A stretch of 45,172 nucleotides of DNA, taken from positions 1-45,172 of the IMG/VR virus record IMGVR_UViG_3300009285_000020. One strand, written 5' to 3'. A program made the translations under genes and the position numbers. Shown here in pieces: positions 19,408-27,219 of the stretch (positions within the stretch are counted from its first letter, which is position 1; every line of letters begins with the position of its first letter). The DNA is from a virus. A model generated the notes under the pieces. That model was not told the DNA's origin and did not search any database. It was given only the letters and a program-made list of their open reading frames with translations.

Positions 19408-20310
19408 TTAGCTGTTGCCGAAGCGGACGCCTTCCCAACGAAGGACGGCGCCCACACCACGCCGATAGACCACGATGCTCTTCTGAAGCGTTCGGTCGGC
19501 AGGAAGATTGACTACCTTCACACCGCCCCAGTCGATCCAGCGAACGCCGTGCTCGTCCTCATCCGCATTTTGAAGCGCCCACATGGTTGTGGAAGTCATG
19601 TATGGGTTTCGACAAGCCGTGACGTATCGGCCCGCGAAGTTCGGATCGTTGTCCGGGCTCTCGGCAAGGCCGGAAGCATCGAGAACCCTCGTCACTTGCG
19701 GAAACAGGGTGTTGCCTATGTGAATCTTGACGTTGCCTTCCTGCTCAAGCGTCTCGCCTCTCGGGTCCAGAAGGTCCCAATGCGCAGCAAGCTCTTCCTC
19801 AAGCGTGATAGAACCAAACGTCTTTAAGGTCGAAGGGCGGTTGGCCCGTGTCGCTACACCCGTAGCGGACGTGTGCGCCGTCGAAGCGAACACCTGCCCG
19901 TCATAGATGGTGTAACCGGAAGTGAACGCTTTGTTCAGAACTTCCGCCACTTCCTTGTTCACGGTCCGCATGGCGGCGATCATCGCATCCTTGGAGATGT
20001 TTCCGATCTCGCCGTACATGTCGTCCTCTTCCGCGTCGATGTCCCAAACGTATGCCTTCGCAAAACGAATGGGCCAATAGTTCGTGTCGTAGAGCTTCAG
20101 CTTCACGTCGGACGGCACGTTAGACCCCGGAGACGTAGCCTCCAAGACTTTGAAGCCCGTCGAGATGACGTTTCGGTAGTAGCCCTCTTTGCTACCCGGC
20201 TTGATCGTGGGAGCGATCTTCGAGTAGTAATCTCGGCCCTTCTTCACCTGAATCTTCAGAACTCCGTCGATTCCGGCTTTGATGAGGCCCAAAGTGTGTT
20301 CAGAAATCAT
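19408..20310 (-). CDS. Major capsid protein, 300 aa
   Basis: Called from size, the AAAGGAG RBS, and position after the scaffold and decoration genes. The fold was not verifiable by eye. Confidence 0.7.
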   Translation of the reverse strand: MISEHTLGLIKAGIDGVLKIQVKKGRDYYSKIAPTIKPGSKEGYYRNVISTGFKVLEATSPGSNVPSDVKLKLYDTNYWPIRFAKAYVWDIDAEEDDMYGEIGNISKDAMIAAMRTVNKEVAEVLNKAFTSGYTIYDGQVFASTAHTSATGVATRANRPSTLKTFGSITLEEELAAHWDLLDPRGETLEQEGNVKIHIGNTLFPQVTRVLDASGLAESPDNDPNFAGRYVTACRNPYMTSTTMWALQNADEDEHGVRWIDWGGVKVVNLPADRTLQKSIVVYRRGVGAVLRWEGVRFGNS

Positions 20311-20338
20311 TTTTTACTCCTTTTGTTCCCCCGTACCC

Positions 20339-20860
20339 TTAACCGACAGTGAAGAGAAGATTGAGCGGAATCCGGCACAGAACCCGGTCCCCCGCAGCCC
20401 AACCGGACTGCTTGGGACGAAGACCCGTGGCGGTGGCTCCGAGCGGCCTTGAATCCGGCCATGTGAAGTTGATGAATCTAAAGAGGCCGTTGGTCGTATT
20501 GCCAAGGTCGATCTTATAGACACTAGAGTCGAGATACCCTCCGTAGAGAGTCGTCTGAGCCACGCCAAGGATCGCAAGCGTCGGAGCGGTCGTATAGGTC
20601 GGAAGCACAAGGGCTACGCCCTCAAGCAAAGCGATCTCTACCGCGTCAAGGTCAGCAGCCGCATCGTGACAAGCCACCCCAATGATCCCTTGGCCATCCG
20701 TGCTCGTGTCCATCGTGGTCCCGCCGTGGGGGTCAACCTTTCCGTCGGACTGCATAATGCAGATGTCGCCTTCAGAGATGGCGGCGCCCGCAGTATAGAT
20801 TTCCTTCCGAACATGGTTGCCAATCCAAGGCTGGACTTCTGTGAAACCATAGAATGCCAA
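20339..20860 (-). CDS. Head decoration protein (DUF2190-like), 173 aa
   Basis: AGAAISEGDICIMQSDGKVDP...GIIGVACHDAAADLDAVEIALLEGVAL matches the decoration/DUF2190 pattern. The start is TTG and uncertain. Confidence 0.55.
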   Translation of the reverse strand: MAFYGFTEVQPWIGNHVRKEIYTAGAAISEGDICIMQSDGKVDPHGGTTMDTSTDGQGIIGVACHDAAADLDAVEIALLEGVALVLPTYTTAPTLAILGVAQTTLYGGYLDSSVYKIDLGNTTNGLFRFINFTWPDSRPLGATATGLRPKQSGWAAGDRVLCRIPLNLLFTVG

Positions 20861-20916
20861 TTTCCTAGTCTGCCTTGCCCCCGTACCCTGTGAGCCGCTC
20901 TAGCTGAAACCTTCCG

Positions 20917-21474
20917 CTAAGGAAGGCTCATAACCAAATCTACGCTTTCCGCAGCCGCTTCCACTGCATTTCTGAGTTTAGAGTCGTCTGCATGAGTGTC
21001 GTAAGCGCCTTCGACGGAGTTCTCCATCGAAACTTGTCCGCCGTCTCGCTCTACGATGTCGCCCCTATCGTCCACATCGAGGCCAGAAATGTCCGAGAGT
21101 GAGAGTGCGCCTTCGTACACCGTGATCCCTTCCCGAATATCCGTTCCAATCGTCATGGTCTGGTTCGGCCTTGGCCGCTCGCTCTTGGCCCGTTGCGGAG
21201 CCGTATCTGCCAAATGCCTATGTTTTGGCTTTCGCATGATAACCTTGAGCTCGTGGCCCGTAACGGCAGGGTCGGTTTCGCAAATCTCCCAACCCTTCGC
21301 CCGCTGTGCGGCCGGCCCATTGGGGTTGTAAGCGCCCTTGAGCGCGGGCTCCTCCGTCTGGACCTCGCGATACTCGTACTCGTCTTCACGCAAGGATTCT
21401 GCTTGCTTGGCTTCCCTGGCTCGCTGGATGTCTCTTGGCATCCTGGTTTGCTCTCTGTAGGCTGAACCTTCCAT
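20917..21474 (-). CDS. Hypothetical head-morphogenesis protein, 185 aa
   Basis: Track ORF with a TAATG overlap to the scaffold gene stop. Confidence 0.6.
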   Translation of the reverse strand: MEGSAYREQTRMPRDIQRAREAKQAESLREDEYEYREVQTEEPALKGAYNPNGPAAQRAKGWEICETDPAVTGHELKVIMRKPKHRHLADTAPQRAKSERPRPNQTMTIGTDIREGITVYEGALSLSDISGLDVDDRGDIVERDGGQVSMENSVEGAYDTHADDSKLRNAVEAAAESVDLVMSLP

Positions 21475-22136
21475 TATTTCTTCTCCACCTTCATGTGCCG
21501 CAAATAGTCGGCTTCGTACTGTTTCGGGTCGGCCCCAATCTGGCTTGCAATCTTCTCGATTCGCACACGTTGTTCAGCGGTGACGGAACTGCCCTCTTTA
21601 GTCTGTTGGTTGATCGGAGCCACCGCAGGAGCGGATTTCGCCTTTGGCTTGACCTTTCCAGAACGCTCCAACTCTCGCATTGCGCCCCCAATCTGGCGAA
21701 TGAACGCACCGGACTTCCTGATCTTCTCCATCTGGTCTGCCGTGTAATTCGAAGACTGAAGCTGGCGTTTTGCCTCTTCCCACAACTCGGCGGGAGCGTC
21801 AGGTTCCTTTGCCCTGGCATCGGCAAGCATCGAATCAATGGCGGACATCCTGCGGGTCACCCGAAGCGCGGCACGATCCTCGAAGTCGAGATCGTCCTCC
21901 GATGTTTCGGGCGCATCCTCTTCGTCCTTGACGAATCCAAGTTGCCTAGCATACTGTTTGACAAGTTCCGGGTTGTCTTTGGCGATTTGGTCAAGCGCCG
22001 CCTCGTAGGTCATCCCCTCTTCGGAAGCAACCCCTTCCTTGACTTCGACAACCTCTTCGGCAACGCCCTCTTCCTCGGTTTCAACAACCTCTTCGGCTAC
22101 CGTTGTGTCTTGGGCGTGCTCGTTCTCTTTAGGCAT
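21474..22136 (-). CDS. Scaffolding-like acidic protein, 220 aa
   Basis: ATG 22136 follows AAGGAGA. The N-terminus is highly acidic (EEVVETEEEGVAEEVVEVKEG), and the gene lies between portal and capsid. Confidence 0.6.
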   Translation of the reverse strand: MPKENEHAQDTTVAEEVVETEEEGVAEEVVEVKEGVASEEGMTYEAALDQIAKDNPELVKQYARQLGFVKDEEDAPETSEDDLDFEDRAALRVTRRMSAIDSMLADARAKEPDAPAELWEEAKRQLQSSNYTADQMEKIRKSGAFIRQIGGAMRELERSGKVKPKAKSAPAVAPINQQTKEGSSVTAEQRVRIEKIASQIGADPKQYEADYLRHMKVEKK

Positions 22137-22293
22137 CTTCTGTCTCCTTGGCGATCTTGGTTGCAGCGGCAATCACTTTTGCAGGATACCCAATCTGGGA
22201 AATCTCCTCTAAAACTCTTGCCGCGCCACGATCTTCTCCGTAAGCGATCTTGTCGAATGGCATGGTGGTTCTGTTAGAACAAGATTTATGCAT
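22129..22293 (-). CDS. Small hypothetical protein, 54 aa
   Basis: Internal ATG of track ORF 22129..22386, placed just after the portal stop. Confidence 0.4.
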   Translation of the reverse strand: MHKSCSNRTTMPFDKIAYGEDRGAARVLEEISQIGYPAKVIAAATKIAKETEDA

Positions 22294-22297
22294 ATCC

Positions 22298-24010
22298 TTA
22301 GCCTTCTTGCCCCACCATGCCGCCATCGCCGCCCAACATGGGGAGAGAAAGAACTTCTCCCATTCCTCCTGCGAGGGCGTTTGCATACATCATCTCCTGT
22401 TGCTGCTGCTTCTCTTCGTCTATTGAAGGAAGCAGGGAATCCTTTTGGTTGAGTGTCAGCGTTTCCGTCGCGGCTCTAAGTAGCCCCGGAATCAAGTCGG
22501 GATACCGCTGAAGGATCGTCGGGTCCATCATCGCCAACGATTGCAAGCTCTGGGCCATCAGCGCCACTTGCTGCATCATCGCTTCTGGCGTGGCATTGAC
22601 GACTTCGCCCTGCGCCTCGTACCAATACGGCATATCGAAGTCTCGCTTCGTCAACCCTTGGGGAAGCGCGTCCGCATACCACGGGTACCAGTCCTCGAAA
22701 TGCTCGTACAGCAGATCGCCCACCACGTATTCCGCCATCTCGGAAAGCCCGAACCCCGCATTGAGCGTATCGGTGTCAACACCTGCGTCCTGGCCAGCCG
22801 CTACCCTATTGACTTCGGTTGCGGACCTTCGCCCCCCTGCAAGAGCTACACCAGAAGCATTGGCCGACATCTTGCCCGCAATGTCGGCGTCGTCCCTTGC
22901 CATCTGAATAAGGGACGGGAACGCGGCTAGATCCACCTGGCCTTGCGGGGTGAATACCTGCCCACCCCTCTCAATCGGATACACCATCGCGGGCTGAGCC
23001 TGGATTACGTCATCCGGCAGGCTCCAATTCTCAGCGAACATCGGCTTCATGGCCGTCCACATGGACAGCCACACCGTCAGGTTCCGCATATCGTTAGCAA
23101 AATACTGAGGGCCTAACAGATTCGCACCTCGGCACTTCTCCCGGTACCAGCGGTTGTACTCTTGATGCAGGAAAAAATCTACACATGGGCTCTTTCGATA
23201 TTTCCAAGGCTTGATAGAAAGAAGCTGCCTGTCATCCCAAGCATAATGGACAAGCCATAACTTCTCCTCCCCGTTGCCGTCAAAATCGAGAGTCGAATAG
23301 AGTTCGTAGTACCGGACCTTCTCAAACTTCCTGTCTGGGGAAGTACCACTTCGATCTTGAGCAATTCGTTCGTCAAGCTCGTCAGGCGTAGCTGAACCAG
23401 ATTCGATCTTGACTGATTCGTAGTATTCGCCAGATTCCTTCTTCTTGCGAATCTGGTCCACCGTCTGATCGGACAAATGCCCGTGCAAAACCGTCTGATC
23501 GAGAGTTGCAACGAACGTCGGGAACACAATGAAGTGAAGCGGATCAGCCGAGTCGATCTTGAGATACGGGTACCTAGTCCTGCCGTTAGGCCAAAACCCC
23601 GAAGGCATGTACGTAGCCCTAAGAACCGAATTGCCCCGCCTTTGCATCACATCGAGGCCCACCTGAATCTGCAAGGGATACTTAGCCTTCGCATAGTGAA
23701 GCTGCAAGGCTCTCTCGATCATGTCCGCTCTTTGCCCCGTAGGACCGCCTGAGCGCACGTTGACATAAGGATCGACCTTGGACAAGGGGCCAGCGATGAA
23801 AGCCGTCCCCATGTCGATCTTGGGGCCAACAACGGGGAAGTGGTACCAAGGAGCAGTCGGCCAAGGCTTTGCAAGGCTCTGGACTGGCCTGTTTGCCGCT
23901 GCATCGTCAATCTGACGCCATCTTTCAACCAACTCGCCTCTCGCATCCCGCGCCGTCTGGATCATGTCGCCAATCTTGGCGTTCCAATCCCTGCGGTCTT
24001 CCTCAGACAA
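22298..24010 (-). CDS. Portal protein, 570 aa
   Basis: Called from size and position downstream of the terminase. The start is TTG without a clear SD, so it is uncertain. Confidence 0.7.
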   Translation of the reverse strand: MSEEDRRDWNAKIGDMIQTARDARGELVERWRQIDDAAANRPVQSLAKPWPTAPWYHFPVVGPKIDMGTAFIAGPLSKVDPYVNVRSGGPTGQRADMIERALQLHYAKAKYPLQIQVGLDVMQRRGNSVLRATYMPSGFWPNGRTRYPYLKIDSADPLHFIVFPTFVATLDQTVLHGHLSDQTVDQIRKKKESGEYYESVKIESGSATPDELDERIAQDRSGTSPDRKFEKVRYYELYSTLDFDGNGEEKLWLVHYAWDDRQLLSIKPWKYRKSPCVDFFLHQEYNRWYREKCRGANLLGPQYFANDMRNLTVWLSMWTAMKPMFAENWSLPDDVIQAQPAMVYPIERGGQVFTPQGQVDLAAFPSLIQMARDDADIAGKMSANASGVALAGGRRSATEVNRVAAGQDAGVDTDTLNAGFGLSEMAEYVVGDLLYEHFEDWYPWYADALPQGLTKRDFDMPYWYEAQGEVVNATPEAMMQQVALMAQSLQSLAMMDPTILQRYPDLIPGLLRAATETLTLNQKDSLLPSIDEEKQQQQEMMYANALAGGMGEVLSLPMLGGDGGMVGQEG

Positions 24011-24051
24011 CTTGAGAAGTGTGGATTCCGGTTCTGTGGCTAAAGCGTAGG

Positions 24052-24810
24052 CTATGTCAGGACTCCGTAAATGCCCCCGATGTCAATGAACGCTAGGCGT
24101 TCCGACCCCTTTTCTTCAATTGGGAGCAAGGCTCTCCTTTCGTAGAGCACCTTGTCTCCTGGAAAAACATCTTCCACATACTCGCCAACCGCAACAACAT
24201 AGGCAGAATCCTCCATCCGTCTCTTCATGGAATCGGGAAGTTCAATCCCACTTTTCGTCTTACCTTCCTTTTCTGGAAGTTCAACCAAAACGTTATCACC
24301 GAGCGGTCTGAATCTGTCCATCTTCGCATCTCTCACAGCTACTACGCTCTCATGCCAAGGTACATCAGTGGGACGGCCCCTCGCTACTCCACTTGCCCTG
24401 TATGGGCACACAATACCATACAGACGAACCTCGCTCCCCTCTTGGGGCTTATACCCGTCAAGCTCGAAACGATCCATGCGCTTGCCGTCGTCGGGATGCA
24501 CGAGCACAATATCTCCCGGCACAAGGAACCCATCCCCGAACGGGATAGGTTTTCCCCGGACTTCAGCGCACTGGTTGCGTTTATGGAGCTTATGGGGAGG
24601 GTAAAGCCGTCCGCAAGCCAAAACAACGCCCACACAGGGGCGCTTCCGCCTGCTTTCGAGGCCCGTGAGAATGATTCCCCCATCCGTTTCCTTCGGCCTT
24701 GGCAGAATCTCGACCGCGACATGCCCATCCAGCATTCTCAGTCGCTTAGACGCGCTTTCGCAATCAATGGACGCGGCTGACTCTAACCCTGTGCAGCGGA
24801 TGGGTCTCAT
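24052..24810 (-). CDS. Tandem GroES/Cpn10-like protein (two co-chaperonin domains)
   Basis: Domain 1: LRMLDGHVAVEILPRPKETDGGIILTG...GVVLACG...VPGDIVLV...ESVVAV. Domain 2: FRPLGDNVLVELPEKEGKTKSGIELPDS...YVVAVGEYV...PGDKVLY. ATG 24810 follows GGAGGA. Confidence 0.7.
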   Translation of the reverse strand: MRPIRCTGLESAASIDCESASKRLRMLDGHVAVEILPRPKETDGGIILTGLESRRKRPCVGVVLACGRLYPPHKLHKRNQCAEVRGKPIPFGDGFLVPGDIVLVHPDDGKRMDRFELDGYKPQEGSEVRLYGIVCPYRASGVARGRPTDVPWHESVVAVRDAKMDRFRPLGDNVLVELPEKEGKTKSGIELPDSMKRRMEDSAYVVAVGEYVEDVFPGDKVLYERRALLPIEEKGSERLAFIDIGGIYGVLT

Positions 24811-25093
24811 ATTTGTCAAGGTCCTCCAAGTCGTCTACTACGTAAGGGCCGCCTGAAAACGATTCGCCTTGGCACTCCCACTTCTTCCCAACCAGTTTGC
24901 ATATGAAGGCGTGCTTGCGGCCAGGGTTCGTTACATACCGGCACATCGTTTGAGTCTTGAGCACTGCTACCGGCACATCTTCTACAACAGGACTGCCTTT
25001 TGGGAGCTTTTCAAGCTCTTTGATAGCCCTGGCCTTCCTCAAACGGTCCCCTGCGGCCTTTCGGGCCTCTTCCGACATTGGCTTTCTTCCCAT
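24764..25093 (-). CDS. Hypothetical protein, 109 aa
   Basis: Track ORF with an AGGAGAAAGAA RBS directly after the terminase stop. Confidence 0.55.
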   Translation of the reverse strand: MGRKPMSEEARKAAGDRLRKARAIKELEKLPKGSPVVEDVPVAVLKTQTMCRYVTNPGRKHAFICKLVGKKWECQGESFSGGPYVVDDLEDLDKYETHPLHRVRVSRVH

Positions 25094-25102
25094 TTCTTTC
25101 TC

Positions 25103-26962
25103 CTACGTTCTGGCGATTCGAGTCGCTTTCCCCTGCCCAAAGTGCATAATGTTCTTCCGAACTTCGACCAAAACACTCTGATGTGCGTCGTTGCAATTGT
25201 GAACGAGTATGCCATTTGCGAAGAACTCATGTTCACCATCAACCGTTAAGTCGTACACGTTCGCGGTCCCATCGGGTGAGACGCCCCGCACAACGTTTAC
25301 CGCAAGTACGGGTGCAACTTGCAGCGGAAGTCTCAAACGAGTTCCCGCAAACCGTACACGTTCTGTTGGCTCCAATCGGCCTTTGGCTGCGTTGGTGCCC
25401 TTGCCGACATCGCATGGAACAGTACCGAGCCGCATTTCCTTTGGCCTCATAGTCAATCCCGCAAAAATCGCAACGCCTGATCCGAGTAGGTTGTTTCCCG
25501 AACTTGCAGCGAAGCGCATGGACACGATGCCATTCAATTCCTTCTGTGGACCCATGCCACGCTTTTGCGGCATCACGAGCGGCAGCAATGCCCTTCTTCC
25601 CATTCGCGGACAATTTCTCAAAATGCCTGCCGCTGAGATGGTCGAACGGCGAAAGGCACTCAAGATTTTCAAGCCGGTTGTCTGCGCAATCTTCGTTTTT
25701 GTGGTGGACGTGGGACCCTTCTGGGATTGGCCCGTTCGATTTCTCCCAAACATAGCGGTGCAGATATTCGCGCCTGCCGTCCACGTAACCTTTGAAGTAG
25801 ATACGATCCGATCTGCGAGGCGAATCTGGATACCGAACGAATCGGCTTTCGCCAACCCATATTTCCTCTGCGCCAATTCTGCTTTTCTTGGGTCTTCCAC
25901 CAGGCATGATAAAAGCATACCAGATTGAATGGCATCAGCGCGACTAAACTCCCCGTCAGCGTGAACCAGGTGGTTTGCGGTAACGCGGACGGTTTTGCCG
26001 TTGGATGCCAATACTTTTAGTACTGGCGCATTGTTCGCTGTCTTGCCAGACCATGAAACGCGCCTTAGCCCCTTGCGAGTCCACACCCTGTCGCCAACGG
26101 CGACACGTTCGATTGGAACATCCCCGCGCTCCGTAGCAACCAGCGACCCCTGGGCGAGACAATGGCTAAACATGTTCTTTACGGGCTTCAAATACACCAT
26201 TCCTGGCCCTGCTTCGTCATGCGCCTTCGACGGTCTAAGGCAATACGCGCCCCTCATGCCTTCCACCAGCACCGGGCACCCTTGCTCGCAGTAGATTACC
26301 CTTTGCTCCCACTTCGCTTCGTGATCGCCCTCCTGAGAAACCCAATCGGATAGCGCCCAAACTACCGCATCCTCTCTTTGTGGCCAATTGTTCGATATCC
26401 GCTTGATCTTGAAACCGCTTTGCTTGGCAATCTCGTAGGCGGACCGGCCTTCCGATCCACTCTTTGTCATAACGGTCTCATCGCCTACGTGGATCAAGTC
26501 CTGCCAAAATGCGGGAAGGCGCTCCTGCAACTTCTGACGCACAATTGGAGCAAACGTGCCCATTGCCATATTGGTCATCGGAGCAAGCTCAAACAGGAAA
26601 TGAATCTGCCCCTTTGGGGTGATCTGCGCTACTACCACCGCTGGCCGCAAGGTCATGCCGCAATCCCAACCGACGTAATATGTAGACTTTGGAATTAAAG
26701 GTATCGGTTTCTTGCGAAATGCAATTGGCGCATGGCGCTCGTACACGAAGTCCCTGAACACCGGATCGCCTTCAGCAATTGTCTCGTCCATCTCCATTTC
26801 CCTCAGCCATTCCGAGAGCGGTACGCCCCGCATGGCCTTTGCTTTCCACGCTGCGCCCTCCGGCGTGGCAGGGTCCTTGGACGGGTCTGCCGAGTAGTGA
26901 AGCCTGACGACCCTGGCCCCTTCCTGGGTCATGTAGGCATCGCATCCGTGCGGGAAGCTCAC
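25103..26962 (-). CDS. terL: Terminase large subunit, nuclease-domain cistron, interrupted by an intein (297 aa after predicted splicing)
   Basis: The N-extein has ARVVRLHYSADPSKD...YYVGWDCGMTLRPAVVVAQI, an RNaseH-like nuclease motif. The extein junction is ...KNMFSH|CNDAHQSVLV. GTG 26962 is GTGA-coupled to the upstream ORF. Confidence 0.85.
   Translation of the reverse strand: MSFPHGCDAYMTQEGARVVRLHYSADPSKDPATPEGAAWKAKAMRGVPLSEWLREMEMDETIAEGDPVFRDFVYERHAPIAFRKKPIPLIPKSTYYVGWDCGMTLRPAVVVAQITPKGQIHFLFELAPMTNMAMGTFAPIVRQKLQERLPAFWQDLIHVGDETVMTKSGSEGRSAYEIAKQSGFKIKRISNNWPQREDAVVWALSDWVSQEGDHEAKWEQRVIYCEQGCPVLVEGMRGAYCLRPSKAHDEAGPGMVYLKPVKNMFSHCLAQGSLVATERGDVPIERVAVGDRVWTRKGLRRVSWSGKTANNAPVLKVLASNGKTVRVTANHLVHADGEFSRADAIQSGMLLSCLVEDPRKAELAQRKYGLAKADSFGIQIRLADRIVSTSKVTWTAGANICTAMFGRNRTGQSQKGPTSTTKTKIAQTTGLKILSAFRRSTISAAGILRNCPRMGRRALLPLVMPQKRGMGPQKELNGIVSMRFAASSGNNLLGSGVAIFAGLTMRPKEMRLGTVPCDVGKGTNAAKGRLEPTERVRFAGTRLRLPLQVAPVLAVNVVRGVSPDGTANVYDLTVDGEHEFFANGILVHNCNDAHQSVLVEVRKNIMHFGQGKATRIART
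25196..26161 (-). mobile_element. Hint-type intein (322 codons) in the terL nuclease domain
   Basis: Block A CLAQGSLVAT, block B VRVTANHLVH, blocks F/G VYDLTVDGEHEFFANGILVHN, then +1 Cys. Boundary codons were checked on the sequence (TGT at 26159..26161, AAT at 25196..25198, TGC at 25193..25195). Confidence 0.85.
25239..25907 (-). CDS. HNH homing-type endonuclease (222 aa), encoded inside the intein in a different frame
   Basis: YLHRYVWEKSNGPIPEGSHVHHKNEDCADNRLENLE is an HNH_3-like motif, followed by two Zn ribbons (CDFCG..YCSMRC; CTVCG..CGKRC). The ORF frame differs from the intein frame (end coordinates 25907 vs 26962 differ mod 3). Confidence 0.8.
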   Translation of the reverse strand: MPGGRPKKSRIGAEEIWVGESRFVRYPDSPRRSDRIYFKGYVDGRREYLHRYVWEKSNGPIPEGSHVHHKNEDCADNRLENLECLSPFDHLSGRHFEKLSANGKKGIAAARDAAKAWHGSTEGIEWHRVHALRCKFGKQPTRIRRCDFCGIDYEAKGNAARYCSMRCRQGHQRSQRPIGANRTCTVCGNSFETSAASCTRTCGKRCAGRLTRWDRERVRLNG

Positions 26963-27219
26963 GCCTGGATCACCTTGCTTCGCTCTATGTCGAGCAGCCC
27001 TTTGAAGCGCCCTGATAGATGTTTGAGGATTATCAAGAGGCCCTGCATTTCATCGAGCGGTTCTTCGACGGGGCTCTCAAGAGGACTCCCGTCAAGTCCG
27101 ATAATCCTTGTCCTCGAAGGAATGATCCCGGAAGTCTGGCTCCCGCCGATGTGATGCTGGACAACAACCACAACCCGGTCTTCAAACTGAACCGGCGTCT
27201 GAATCTGCTGGATAGCCAT
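26959..27219 (-). CDS. Cpn10/GroES-like small protein, 86 aa, wedged between the terL cistrons
   Basis: PVQFEDRVVVVVQHHIGGSQTSGIIPS...PLDEMQGLLIILKHLSG...LLDIERSKVIQA follows the GroES pattern (PLgDRVlV..kT.gGIvlP..PLdVkvGD.V.f.kyaG..lil.e.DIlavi). ATG 27219 follows GGGGGG. Confidence 0.5.
   Translation of the reverse strand: MAIQQIQTPVQFEDRVVVVVQHHIGGSQTSGIIPSRTRIIGLDGSPLESPVEEPLDEMQGLLIILKHLSGRFKGLLDIERSKVIQA

Noticed and set aside
27092-27184. Single in-frame TGA between the terL ATPase and nuclease cistrons as read-through, selenocysteine or Trp recoding.
   Set aside because: Hand translation of the intervening frame is junk-like and hits a second in-frame TGA at 27092..27094. TGA is also used as a normal terminator throughout the genome (many ATGA/GTGA junctions).
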